64,000 bases of DNA from Octopus vulgaris (lineage: Eukaryota), in NCBI GenBank assembly GCA_951406725.2, contig OX597836.1, positions 40,920,001 through 40,984,000 of the forward strand, given 5' to 3'. Positions 52,145 through 64,000 of this stretch are shown piece by piece. Position 1 is the first letter of the stretch. Each line of letters opens with the position of its first letter. A model generated the notes under the pieces. That model did no database searches. It was not told the DNA's origin and was given only the letters and a program-made list of their open reading frames with translations. A program made the position numbers and the translations under genes.

Positions 52145-52393
52145 ATGTAGAGGATCACTTATGTGTGTGTGTAGCTATATGTCTACTTGTGGCTTGGGCA
52201 TTTGACCACATGATTGTGAGTTCGATTCTTGGCAATGCATTGTGTTTTTGAACAAGACACTTTATTTCACATTGATCCAGTCCACTCAGCTGGAAAAAAT
52301 GAGTATTTGTAATACAAAGGGTCAGCCTTGTCACTTACTGTGTGTCCTGCTGAATCCCTATGAGAACCACATTAAGGGCATGAGTGTCTATGG

Positions 52394-52572
52394 CAGTGGT
52401 TTTCAACCAGGGTTCCGCAAGAAGTTACAAAATTGCTAAAATCGGCTGTAATTTTTAATTCTCTTGTGCAGATATGTGTGCATAAGACTATTAAATTATT
52501 GCACAGGTGTTCCTCGAGCCAGTGGAATGTTTCCTTGGGGTTCCACTCCAGCAAAAAGTTTGAAAAGCACTG
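52394..52572. mobile_element. hAT/Charlie-like MITE
   Basis: TIRs CAGTGGTTTTCAA / TTGAAAAGCACTG; 8-bp TSD gtctatgg / gtttatgg. Confidence 0.83.
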
Positions 52573-52681
52573 GTTTATGGAGTGCTTAGCCTTGTGCATA
52601 TTAATTTTACAAGCAGGCTGTTCTGTTGATTGTAGCAACTGGAACCCTTATTGTCGTAACAGAGTGCCGTTTTATTCTATA

Positions 52682-53059
52682 CAAGCACTACGACCCAGCA
52701 ATGCTGGGTTATAGTGCTAGTGCATGCATATATAGCTGCGTACATGGGCACATACACGCGAGTACTGTCCAAATCTCCGACCAATCACATACAGCTAGCT
52801 GGCATTCAATTGGCATATCAAGTTTCGGGCATTTTGATTGGGTTTTGGATAGAAAATTCACAAAAAAAGTCACTTCTATTGATTTTTTTTTAAATGGCTT
52901 TGCGGAGTGACTGGGGAAATGTAAAGATGTGCACGACCACCTTTGGACGGGTTTGAATGACCATAGAAAGTGCGAGACCTCTAACTGAAAAATTGTGGAT
53001 TTGTATAAAGGACACACACACACACAGACAGGCATTTTGCTGTTTATATGTAACAGAGA
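52682..53059 (-). mobile_element. Non-autonomous Helitron, family 2 (3' fragment also at about 13860-13912)
   Basis: Reverse-complement match to 56466-56829 over its whole length. Confidence 0.85.
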
Positions 53060-54011
53060 TATCACAATGGCTAGTACTGTGCTTCACTCCATCTCATCAT
53101 TCACCTCATCATCACCTGTGCTCTTGCTGTAACAGCAGATTGTGCAGAGCCTTACCTGCATTCAATCTTCTTACTATCACCCACCATCCTCATTATTTGC
53201 CAAGTCCGTGTACAAGATTATATAGGACCATTCTCATCACTAAGTTTATGAGACTGCACCAGACTGTTTCTACCTAACATACTCTAACTTTACCCTTTCT
53301 ATACTGTGCTCCTCCAGTCTCCCCACTCACCTATTATTTACTCTTACCTTTGTCATCTCTGCTATTGCCTGTGTATATCTACATACGCACACACGACTAG
53401 CTTCCGTGCAGTTTCTGTCTTCCAATTTCACTCGCAAGGCATTAGTCAGACATTTTCTCGCAGTGCTGCACAATGAGACTGGACCTAAAACCATGCAATT
53501 GTGAAGTGAACTTCTTAACGACATAGCCATGCTTGTACCTAAATGTGTGTGTGTGTGTGTGTGTATATGTATACAGGTGTTTATATCTGTGTAGTTGTAA
53601 ATGTTTTCTTGTCCCAGTAATTACATAACTATTTCAGACCACATTGCAGTTTTCTTTGAACTTTCTGATTTTTATTATTCACCTGCAAACAACAAAATTA
53701 TTTCAATGATTCACTCGTACAAATGCAGTTGTTTATATTTTTGTTTCCTTTACAATTTGCATTTGTCTTGGGAGTATTTGTTATTGCCGTTCTTCTTCTT
53801 CTTCATAGAAGAAAATCTTAAAATTAACATTTCTCATTATCTTGGATTTCAAATTTTAATTTATATTTCTGTTGGGATTTGTACGTCTGCACGGCTCCTT
53901 GGATAAATGTCTTCTACTGCAGTTCCGGTTGGTGGAAATTACATTGTGTGTTTGTGTTGTCTCCCACTATTGCTTAATATTGGGAATGGTTTGTTCAACA
54001 AAACCCTTTAA

Positions 54012-54625
54012 CCCCTTTTGTTACTGTATTTATTTTGAGATGCTCTGTGTTTCTTTCAAATAATTTTAAATATAACAAAGAATTTAGTAAAATAACTTAG
54101 TTATCATTAACCCTTTCATTACTGTATTTATTTTGAGATGCTCTGTGTTTCTCTCAATTACTTTAAATATAACAAAGAATTTAGTAAAATAACTTAGTTA
54201 TCATTCAGCTAGTGTTAGGAACTTAAATTGTGACTAAGGTTTGGTGGAAGATTTTAATTCAAAACTTATGAAAACAAGAGGTTTGTACTCAGAGCCAAAG
54301 CTGGTTTCAGCTGGGTTGGTAACAAAAGGGTTAAGCTAGTGTTAGGAACAGTATTTGTGACTAAGGTTTGGTGGAAGATTTCAATTAAAAACTTATGAAA
54401 ACAAGAAATTTGTACTACAGAGCCAGAGCCGGTTTCAGTCGGGTTGGTAATGAAAGGGTTAAATATAACAAAGGATTTAGTAAAATAACTTGGTTATCAT
54501 TCAGCTAGTGTTAGGAACTTAAATTGTGACTAAGGTTTGGTGGAAGATTTTAATCCAAAACTCATGAAAACAAAACATTTTACTCAGAGCCAGAGCCGGT
54601 TTCAGCCAGGTTGGTAATGAAAGGG
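54012..54625. mobile_element. Nest of three copies of the same piggyBac-like MITE (inverted relative to 47445-47831)
   Basis: TTAA junctions at 54008, 54107, 54331, 54459 and 54626 with CCCTTT/AAAGGG termini. Confidence 0.88.
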
Positions 54626-55589
54626 TTAAAACAACGCTCCTGCCAGGCTGCAGTTAAATGACGGACTGATGAAGCAAAAGGCAGAAAATATAGTCTCCTA
54701 AAATACCATCCCATTCTTACTTTTAAAGAACAATTTACTTGGATAAATATATAAATATTACTGCAATTAGCTTCATTTTCACAAAGCCATCTAAATACTA
54801 CACTTCAATGTCTGTCCTTGTCAGGCAATTATTTCTATCTGTTACTCTTAATTGACGTGAGAATATTTATATTTTCTCTAAATTATGACAGTTATTTCAT
54901 TGTTGATGATTGAAACACATTTAACCTATGTAGTATATAAGTTGACTGCCACTAATTTATACCTTATATTTGTCTGTCTAAAGTTAGTTGTTCTTTCTAA
55001 ATTTCTTGCTAAGTTATTAAATACCAGATAAAACAGAATTTAGGGCGACCACCAGTGGTGGCCTACCTTGGCGAGACTGGTATTCATTTGGGAAAAAGCC
55101 TTGGAGTGGAGTTTCCAATGTTTTGGTCATTTCTTCGGAGTTGAGATAACAGGGGGAGTTTTATATTCTTCGTTTAACTCTTTTGCATTCAACTGGAATG
55201 TATATTTACTCAGTGTATTTTTTTTGACTTGCATTATCATGTAGCTTCAAGATTTCAATGTGATTGTTTATTTTTAGGATGACATTGTAGGATAGGTGTG
55301 AGAAGCTGGATCTAGTCAGTTTGAATGTAGAACAATATTTTGGACCGGATAGAGCTGGTTTAAATGCTAAAGGGTTTAGCAATTGGTTGGGACTGATAGG
55401 AACACAAAACCTGACTGTTTACATCAGTGGCTCTCAACCGGACTCCATATGGCCCTTGGTGGGGTCCACATAAGATTTTATTGATGAAATTTGTGCAATA
55501 AACTGGTTATATTTCTACAATACACTAGAATAGTTTAACAATTTTTTTATACAATTCTTAATATTATGAAAATATAGGATTTTTTTTAA

Positions 55590-55810
55590 CCCTTTAGTGT
55601 TAAGATTACTCTGTTAAATGTAATATTTTTTTACTCAAATTGTTTTTAATTAATCCTGCATTGTCTTATAGCTTTTGAGGTTTCAGTGATGTGATTGTTT
55701 ATTTTTAGAATGTCAATGTAGGTTAGGTGTGAGAGGCTAGATATCACCAGTTTGAATATAAAACATGTAGAATATTTGGGCCGGATATGGCCGGTTTAAA
55801 CACTAAAGTG
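55590..55810. mobile_element. Second piggyBac-like MITE family (about 220 bp); related copies at about 68-693, 5456-6010, 48826-49555, 55175-55376, 57960-58190 and 60850-61130
   Basis: TTAA-CCCTTTAG ... CTAAAG(T/G)G-TTAA termini and a shared body ending ccggatatggccggtttaaa; several copies are split by younger SINEs. Confidence 0.72.
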
Positions 55811-56465
55811 TTAAACATTGAATGACCATGAGGGTCCATCTGAGCAAAATAAGAATCAAAGGGGGTCCGTAAATTTGGTCTATGTAGATAGGTAATAAAT
55901 AGGAGAGGGGAAGTGATTAAAGAAGGAAAGAGAAATAAAGAAGAGAAATTGGTGAAGATGAGGTAAAAGAGCTAAAGGCTAAATCTAGGATTACTGGGGG
56001 GTGGCGGATGGAAAAGTAAAGGAAAATGTTTATCTAAACCCACAGCGCACAAAGCTGTCTACTGCATATCTGCTAAATCTTATACTGCATTATCTACAAA
56101 TTCTGTTGTGCCCTTTACGTAGGTGAAACAGGTCGTTGCCTCGCTGATTGCTTTCACCAACACATAATACTGTACTGTGCTAGGCCAACCCGTTGCCACC
56201 CATTTTGACACAAGCCACCCCATTATCCATTTATCAATGTCTGGCATTCTAGAATATCTGCACACTTCAATTTTTCCCCTCTACTTCACCCTTACCTTTT
56301 TCTTTCCTTCTCCCTCTACCACTTAGTTCCTCTCTCCTCCTCCTACTACTTCCAGTATTCATGTGCACACTTATGTTTTGTGTTCCCTATCATTTGCAGC
56401 CGGTCACCCAACTATAAAACATGGCAGTCTTGTTCCTTCAGGGTTATCTCAACTCTGAAGAGGAA

Positions 56466-56829
56466 TCTATATATATAAATGGCAAAATGTCTGTGTCTGT
56501 GTGTCCTTTATACAAATCCACAATTTTCTAGTTAGAGGGCTCGCACTTTCTATGGTCATTCAAACCCGTCCAAGGGTGGTTGTGCACATCTTTACATTTC
56601 CCCAGTCACCCTGCAAAGCCATTAAAAAGTCAATAGAAGTGACTTTTTTGTGAATTTTCTATCCAAAACCCAATCAAAATGTCCGAAACTTGATACGCCA
56701 ATTGAATGCCAGCTAGCTGTATGTGATTGGTTGGAGATTTGGACAGTACTCGTGTGTATGTGCCTACGCATGCAGCTGTATATGCATGCACTAGCACTAT
56801 GACCCAGCAACGCCGGGTCATAGTGCTAG
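56466..56829 (+). mobile_element. Non-autonomous Helitron, family 2
   Basis: A|TC ... CTAG|T; terminal hairpin centred on GCAACGC. Confidence 0.87.
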
Positions 56830-57334
56830 TTTAGTCCAAAATTTCAGAAACTCTATTCTCCATGGTAATATTGACTTTTTCTGCCACTTTCCATTAACAG
56901 CAACATATAACATATAACTGGAAGTTGTGGATATTGTGATAAAGTACTTAATAAAAGGGCTGCCAGCAATATTTAGTAATTCTTCTTTAAAAAAAAGTTT
57001 TTCAGTATTTTATACTTTGTAAGGATTCACATATGTTTTTATTAATTCCTCAGAATTTTGAGCAAGTTTTTTAACATTTCAAAAACAAAATTAACTGTGA
57101 AGCAAAATTTGTAAATAAAACAGAGCATATTAGTATTGTCTGTATAAAGACTTGAAGAATGGACTTGCATTAAATAAGGATCACACTTTCCCGTGATGCT
57201 TATTTTTTTTTTTTGTATGTGCAAGTATTGATATAATTTTAAAAACTTGGTGTCAAACTAGAAAAAAACACAGACGGCTGAAAGGTTCCATACTTTAGTA
57301 GTTTGTGACCCTGGGCAACTTCCTAATGCCTGTG

Positions 57335-57541
57335 CAGTAATCCCTCGACTACTGCAGGTGTTGCGTTCCAAAACCCTCTGATAGGTGAAAATTCATGAAG
57401 TAGAAACAGTACTGTTACTGTATATTTTTTTTTATAATTTGTATATTTTATTATAAATGCTATTCTACACTACAGAGGAATCTACGTATGCTTAAATGAT
57501 AAATCGTGACAGGTGAACTGCGATATAGCGAGGGATTATTG
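57335..57541. mobile_element. Tigger/pogo-like MITE
   Basis: TIRs CAGTAATCCCTCG / CGAGGGATTATTG; TA TSD degenerate. Confidence 0.7.
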
Positions 57542-58266
57542 TTTATAGCGAATTTCCTCTAAGAATGTAAACACCAAAATTTTTTCCCGTTTTTTAATAT
57601 TCTGTATAGATATTTAGATTTTGATTTATTGGAAAGGCTCTAATGGAGTCGAATCTCTTCTGACAAAATCTTAAAGAAAACTACTTTTTAAAATCCTTAT
57701 TCCATCCTGTTTCTGGTGGAAACTCCTCACCTTCATTATAAATAATGGTGTCATTGTCAGATTAGATTCTTTCACATTTGAAAATACTTTTTATCATGTA
57801 TGTGGTTCACTTTATTTTTCTGCTGTTTAAAATTGTCTGAATCGCTACTAGTAAATGTGAAACTGCTATACATTTCTTCCCCCCGATTGTAGGGTAACTA
57901 AATGGCATTGTTATGATTACAATATGAAAATAATGAAAAAAATTGGATTGTACTAATATCATCTGGCCAAAGAATAGCATTCAAACGGACCATATCCAGC
58001 CCAAATAGTCTACTTGTTTATGTCCAAACTGACAAAATCTGGTCTTTATAGGACCTGTCCTACAATATCATTATAAAAATAACCAATCACATCATCAAAA
58101 TCTCAAAACTACAAGATGACGAATGATTAATTCAAAACAAGATGAGGACAAATATTTGTCGAATGTAAATAATTGATGTATCTAGTCTTGTTTTTGTAGA
58201 TACTGCTGGGGTTAAATATTGTTGTTCAGCTCTGGGTTGGTCATGATCTAAGACATATGGTCATGG

Positions 58267-58562
58267 TGGAGGCACATGGCCTAGTGGTTAGAGCAGCGGA
58301 GTCGCGGTCGAGGGATCGCGGTTCGAATCTCAGACTGGGCGGTGTGTGTGTTTATGAGCGAATTACCTAAGCTCCAGACGGCTCACGCAGGAGGTAATGG
58401 CGAACTTCTGCTGACTCTTTCGCCACAACTTTCTCTCACTCTTTCCTCCTGCATCTTGCAGCCCACCTGCGACGGACCAGCGTCCAGTCCAGGTGGGGAA
58501 TCTATTTGCCAAGGAAACCGGGAAATCGGCCCTTATGAGCCAGGCATGGCTTGAGAAGGAAC
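58267..58562 (+). mobile_element. SINE family D, tail type 3
   Basis: Head as above; tail shared with 20779-21078. Confidence 0.8.
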
Positions 58563-59303
58563 ATATGGTCAAGAGAATTCGATATATGATCATTTCATTC
58601 GTTTAAAATATGGACTCAAACTATGGCATCCTAAATATATCTTTCTTACATTTTAGAAGTGATTGTAGTTTGAGGGGGATTTGGTTGGTGTTTCTAGCAA
58701 GTGGAATGGCAGTCTAGAAGTTAACTTGTTTTAGCACTGAGGTTACTTGTTTTAGCACCGAAATTTAACCTTTACGATGTTTGGTATTGATAAAATAATA
58801 CTGCTAATTATTACTAGTACAATTTTCAACGATTATTAAAATGTGATATTTTAGTATATTTACATTAATCTTATTACATGAACAAAGAACTGGAATTATG
58901 AACTGAATAGATTTCAAAGTTTAAAGTATATATTTACAGAGTGGATTTATTTATGCAGGTTTTGATTTGTGTTAGACTATGTAACTCTATCAATTTTCAC
59001 TGAATATAAGATCTCTACACGTCTGTTGAGATTCTGTCTTGTCATCTAAATTAAGAAACCAAAACAGATGGGATGAGAGCAGCCTACACATGCACAAATG
59101 CACGTAGATGCTGGGCACTATTGTATTGCTGAAAGACAGTCTTTAGATTGTCTTGTACTTACGTACCTAGCAATGTGGTTAGGTGTCACAGTAAAAACAG
59201 TTGCTATAATATTAGGATATTACATTCTTGGTATCGTTAACAAGCAGCCACTCTCTCTCTCTCTCTCTCTATGTATATATATATATATATATATATATAC
59301 ATA

Positions 59304-59696
59304 CACTCTTTTACTCGTTTCAGTCATTTGACTGCGGCCATGCTGGGGCACCGCCTTTAGTCGAGCAAATCGACCCCGGGACTTAATCTTTTGTAAGCCC
59401 AGTACTTATTCCATCGGTCTCTTTTGCCAAACCGCTAAGTAACAGGGACATAAACACACCGGCATCGGTTGTCAAGCAATGCTAGCGGGAACAAACGCAG
59501 ACACACACACACACACACACATATATACATATATATGACGGGCTTCTTTCAGTTTCCCTCTACCAAATCCTCTCACAAGGCTTTGGTCAGCCCGAGGCTA
59601 TAGTAGAAGACACTTGCCCAAGGTGCCACGCAGTGGGACTGAACCCGGAACCATGTGGTTGGTAAGCAAGCTACTTACCAGACAGCCACTCCTACG

Positions 59697-59699
<3 letters not shown>
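59304..59699 (-). mobile_element. SINE family A
   Basis: Full-length family match. Confidence 0.85.
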
Positions 59700-59737
<38 letters not shown>

Positions 59738-59926
59738 CAGTTTTTTCTGTAGATTTTTACTTGACGGCACGTGGATAGGCAGGGAAAGGTGATGAACCTC
59801 ATTCGTATATTTTTGAATTCGGCGGTACTGGACATTGAATGTAGTTTGTCTAAATTCTGTTGGTTGGAAAGGTACATTCGATTCTTCCAGTGCCTCCGGA
59901 TTTAATATTATATTATATTGTGAAGT

Positions 59927-60010
59927 CCCAAGCTGAAGAGGAAAGTGTTCCGGGTAAAGTATAAATTCTACATTCTTTATACCGAACTAATTCTGAAACG
60001 CGTTCATGGG
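59927..60010 (+). ncRNA. Minimal type I hammerhead-ribozyme-like motif (core CUGAAGA, long stem II)
   Basis: CCCAAG-CUGAAGA-GGAA..UUCU-GAA-ACGCGU-U-CAUGGG; palindromic stem III as in Penelope hammerheads. Confidence 0.68.
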
Positions 60011-61250
60011 TAATGAAATATCGATTGATTTTCGTTATTCTTCCTCTCTGCCTACGTGGATTGTTTTCGAGTACTTTGTTTTTGTCCAGGAATCTCTTTT
60101 TAAAGTAGAGGAAATAGCTAAGGTTCTCTGGCTGCTATTTCTAAACTTCGGTATGTGGCAAAGCAAATCTTTGCTGAGCCCTAATTATAAAATATATATG
60201 TATATAAAATATATATGTATATAAAATATATATGTATATAAATATATATATATATAAAATATATATATATATATAAAATCAAAAATCAAAATTGATCAGC
60301 ATGAATGGAAATTGTCGCTGTGATATCAGTGCTGGTGGCACGAAAGAGAACCATCCGAACGTGGCCGTTGCCAGTGCTGCCCTGACTGGCTTCCGTGCTG
60401 GTGGCACGTAAAAAGCACCGTCCGATCGTGGCCGTTGCCAGCCTCGCCTGGCCTCTGTGCCGGTGGCACGTAAAAAGCACCATCCGACCGTGGCCGTTTG
60501 CCAGACTTGTCTGGCACCTGTGCAGGTGGCACGTAAAAAGCACCCACTACACTCATGGAGTGGTTGGCGTTAGGAAGGGCATCCAGCCATAGAAACATTG
60601 CCAGATCAGACTGGGCCTGGTGCAGCCTTCTGGCTTCCCAGACCCCAGTTGCACCGTCCAACCCATGCCAGCATGGAAAGCGGACACAAAACAATGATGA
60701 TGATATATATATGCAGCTAAGAACAGTTTCCAGTATGTAATTTAATAAATCAGGATTTAAGCTACACATATTGTAAATGTTAATTTAACCCTGTTAATAC
60801 CAACTTGCACAAGACTGCCACGGATTCTATGTTATAAACTTTGTTTTAATTCAACATTCACATTATTTTCTGTCAAATGTAATGCTTATTTATTCACATC
60901 GTTATGAGGTAATCATGCATCATCTTCTAGCTTTGAGATTTTTGGATTGACATGGAGTGGGCATGAGAAACGGGGTTCTTTGGGCTGGATATGGCCGGTT
61001 TAAATGCTAATGGGTATAATCACATCATTGAAATCTGAAAGCTACAAGATAATGCATGTTTAATTGTAAACATTATCAGTAAATAAGCATTACATTTGAT
61101 GGAGAAATATGGATGTTAAAGGATTAATTCAAATAAAGGCATTGTCTTTCAGCAGAAATATAAGAAAGGAATTACGGAGATGTACTTGCATAGCAAGTGA
61201 CCTGACCTGATCTGAGATCGTGTGCTGGGACGAAAACAATTGCAGCGTGA

Positions 61251-61481
61251 AAGGTGTTTATAAGTCATTTAAGAAACACACAAAATCCATTAGATTCACT
61301 TCAACATTTGAATTTAATTTGTCAAAATATTTTCGTCGCTTTGAGACCACGACAGCACGGAATATTGTCAGTGAACAGGTTGTGGTCTCAAAGCGACAAA
61401 AATATTTAGACAAATTAAATTTAAATGTTGAAGTGAATCTAACGGTTTTTGCGTGTTTCTTAAATGGCTTATAAACATCTT
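61251..61481. repeat. Long inverted repeat (103-bp arms, 25-nt spacer), probably an inverted Penelope-like terminal repeat
   Basis: 61251-61353 is the reverse complement of 61379-61481 with scattered mismatches. Confidence 0.9.
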
Positions 61482-63199
61482 CCTTTTGCAATAGAATATG
61501 TTTTAGCTTTTTTCCTCACCTGTGCAACTACATACAGTATGCTTAATGATAAAATAGTTAGTAATTATACTCTAATGAATGATGATGATGGTGTGATCAC
61601 ATCAATTTACATTTGTGGAATAAATAACTGTAGCCACATCCAGGGTCTAGAAACAGAGAGATAGTTCCTGTTCAGATTTCTATATAACTAATCATGTGTA
61701 CTGAGCAGCATGGTCCTTAGGTGGGACATTTTCATCAGCCTATGTCTAACATAGTACACAAGGAGAGATAATTTTTTTTTTTTTTCCTTTGAAGTGATAG
61801 TTTTTACAGATGGCTTGTTGCCCTGGCTGTTTATGAAACACTCAACTACAAAAAGTACATCTACCAGGAGTGGTCTGGTTTTATTTGTCAGGCAAAGTAG
61901 AGCAAGCGTTTGTGTGAATGCTTGATTGCTCAAGTACACAACACAGTGACTATAATATCTGAATTTAAGATTGATCATGTTTTTTTTAACAAATATAACC
62001 ACATGACCCTTTTAACTTTTTTTTCAAAGCTAATCCCTTTCAAGGACTACAACAAATTTTGTTGCATACCCGACTGAATATTAGGTGATGATTCATTTTC
62101 TATGGTGATGTTTAAACAAAATTTTAATATTTTTACCTTTTGCTCAATTTACCTGGATTTACCTGTAATTAAAGTCACTTTGAGACAAAAGTTATGCAAT
62201 AGAATTGATTAGGAACCCTTTCTTTAATTATGTTCCAAATATCACTTTAATATGTTGATAAGTAAAAAAGTTAGTTATTTAATGAAACAAGCCTAAATTC
62301 ATAATTATTTTAGAATTTAATTGAAACTCATGAGGGGTGTATTTTGGTCAGAAATATAGTAACGAAAGGGTTAATGTTATGATGTATAATTATGGTAAAG
62401 AATACTTTATGGAAAGCGGACGCTAAACGATGATGATGATGATGATGATGAATACTTTACAAGCATTCACAGATCCTAAATAAAACAAAAGTAATTTCAG
62501 AATTGTGACCTTTTGAACTTTTACCAGGTATAGGCCTGTAAGGTTAAGGTGCATGACTTGGTAGTTAGGACACTATACTCCTGCTCACAAGATTGTAGTT
62601 TTGATTCCCGGAATAGGCAAGCTGTTGTGTTCTTGAGACAAACACTTTTGTTTCACATAGCTCAGGCCACCCAGCTGTACATGAGTAACCCTACGATGGA
62701 CTGGTGTCCTGTTCATGGGGGGTAATTCACTTTCTAACATTTAAACCGGCAATATCTGGCTCAAATATTCTACCTGCCTTTTTTGTTCAAAGTGACCGGA
62801 TCTGGCCTATCACACCTACACACTACAATGTCACTCGGTTGTCGTCCTGGTTATTTATACCTCATAGAAACTGGCCCTTTTAAGTCCTAGGACTGAAGAT
62901 AGTAATGTCCAGTGGTTGATGATATGCACATGTAAAAGTATATCTGCTGTATAAAAAGTTAATGTAGCAACATTTACCTAATTGAGCCCCCCCTCACTAG
63001 AAAATCGATGATGCTGTGTTTAATTTTACATTTGTTTTTTTCCTCTATGTTGTGTAGATTTAAAATCCTTCTAAACACATTTTTTAATATATTTTTTCTT
63101 AAGTCTTAGGATTTTAATTTGAGCATCAGGCATTTGGATCTGGCAAAACTTTGCTTTAATTATGCGTTGTGTAGTTTAATATAATTTTACAACTGTCTA

Positions 63200-63279
63200 C
63201 AATAATGCCTCGTTATACGAGTTAATTCGTTCCTGGAGAATGCTTGTAGAGTGAAAACTCGTAAAGCGAGGTATTATTG
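63200..63279. mobile_element. 80-bp Tigger/pogo-like MITE
   Basis: TA-CAATAATGCCTCG ... CGAGGTATTATTG-TA. Confidence 0.78.
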
Positions 63280-63493
63280 TATATTGATCTAACATTGATG
63301 AATGATATATATATATATATCGGCGGTGCATCAGCATGGCCGCAGCTCTGAGCTGAGACTAGAGAAGAAAAAAAAATAATATATATATATATATATATAT
63401 GTAAGGGAAAGTTTACGAAAATAAACGAAAGACGAAGGCAGGTGGATTACAAACAAACAAATGTATTAGTATAGCGCTCAGGAATAGAAAAAG

Positions 63494-63531
63494 TCTTTTA
63501 CGTTTCGAGCCTACGCTCTTCGACAGAAAGA
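63494..63531 (-). ncRNA. Minimal type I hammerhead-ribozyme-like motif (core CUGUCGA plus extra A)
   Basis: UCUUU-CUGUCGA-A-GAGC(GUAG)GCUC-GAA-ACGU-A-AAAGA. Confidence 0.6.
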
Positions 63532-63916
63532 TACACAGAAAAAAGCAAGGAGAGAAAAAAATGCGTGTAGGAGCTAACGTGTGTGTGTTAAATAATATTT
63601 GACTTGGTGTTATGTTATTGTGGGTAATTGAAGCAGATTTTTAACAAGAACATGTTCTGGTAAAAGTGCTAATTTTTTTTCATGTGAGCATCGAACGAGG
63701 TCTATCTAAGGCAGAGTATTGTAACTGAGTGCCCTTCCTGTTGTCTAGCAGAAGTTCTTTTTGAAGCAAAGGATTTCTTTTTATATTCCTGGTGTTCAAA
63801 AGCACAAAGTGACTGGTCATAATATCAAAGAATGTAAGCATTATATCAGTGTTTTTTTACTCAGATAACAAGTGAATCTGTGGAATGTGAACGTTTGCAC
63901 GTACACATTCACATGC

Positions 63917-63950
<34 letters not shown>

Positions 63951-64000
63951 AACCACCATACTCTGCCAATTCTCTAAAAGAATTGGCTGGCTTGGTATTA

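Noticed and set aside
43000-64000. Further Pumilio coding exons, including PUF repeats
   Set aside because: None was recognised; they are presumed to lie beyond the window, though a small exon could have been missed.

Overview
This is AT-rich eukaryotic DNA saturated with microsatellites and SINEs. The repeat families look like those of an octopus (inference). Two spliced genes lie head-to-head. Bystin (BYSL/ENP1) is on the minus strand: ATG at 16216, five coding exons traced with consistent GT-AG sites and phases, and the gene runs off the left edge. The 5' part of a Pumilio (PUF) gene is on the plus strand, with coding exons at 41367-41726 and 42921-42986; I found no further exons in the window. 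Most of the rest is mobile DNA: a decayed L1/Tx1-type LINE with two nested insertions, CR1, RTE and R4/Dong LINE scraps, at least four SINE-like families, two non-autonomous Helitron families, and piggyBac-, hAT-, Tc1/mariner- and Mutator-like MITEs. Nearly all ORFs in the supplied track are artefacts of these repeats. Most notable observations: (i) five minimal type I hammerhead-ribozyme folds of the Penelope type, three with different non-canonical catalytic cores; (ii) bystin exon 4 lacks its expected 5' half and is fused to a SINE unit that offers an in-frame acceptor; (iii) SINE multimers always joined at the same hairpin loop, with a trimer inside a single target-site duplication; (iv) a Helitron whose 3' end is a full palindrome; (v) stacked uORFs over the Pumilio start. 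All coordinates were read by eye, so repeat ends are approximate.
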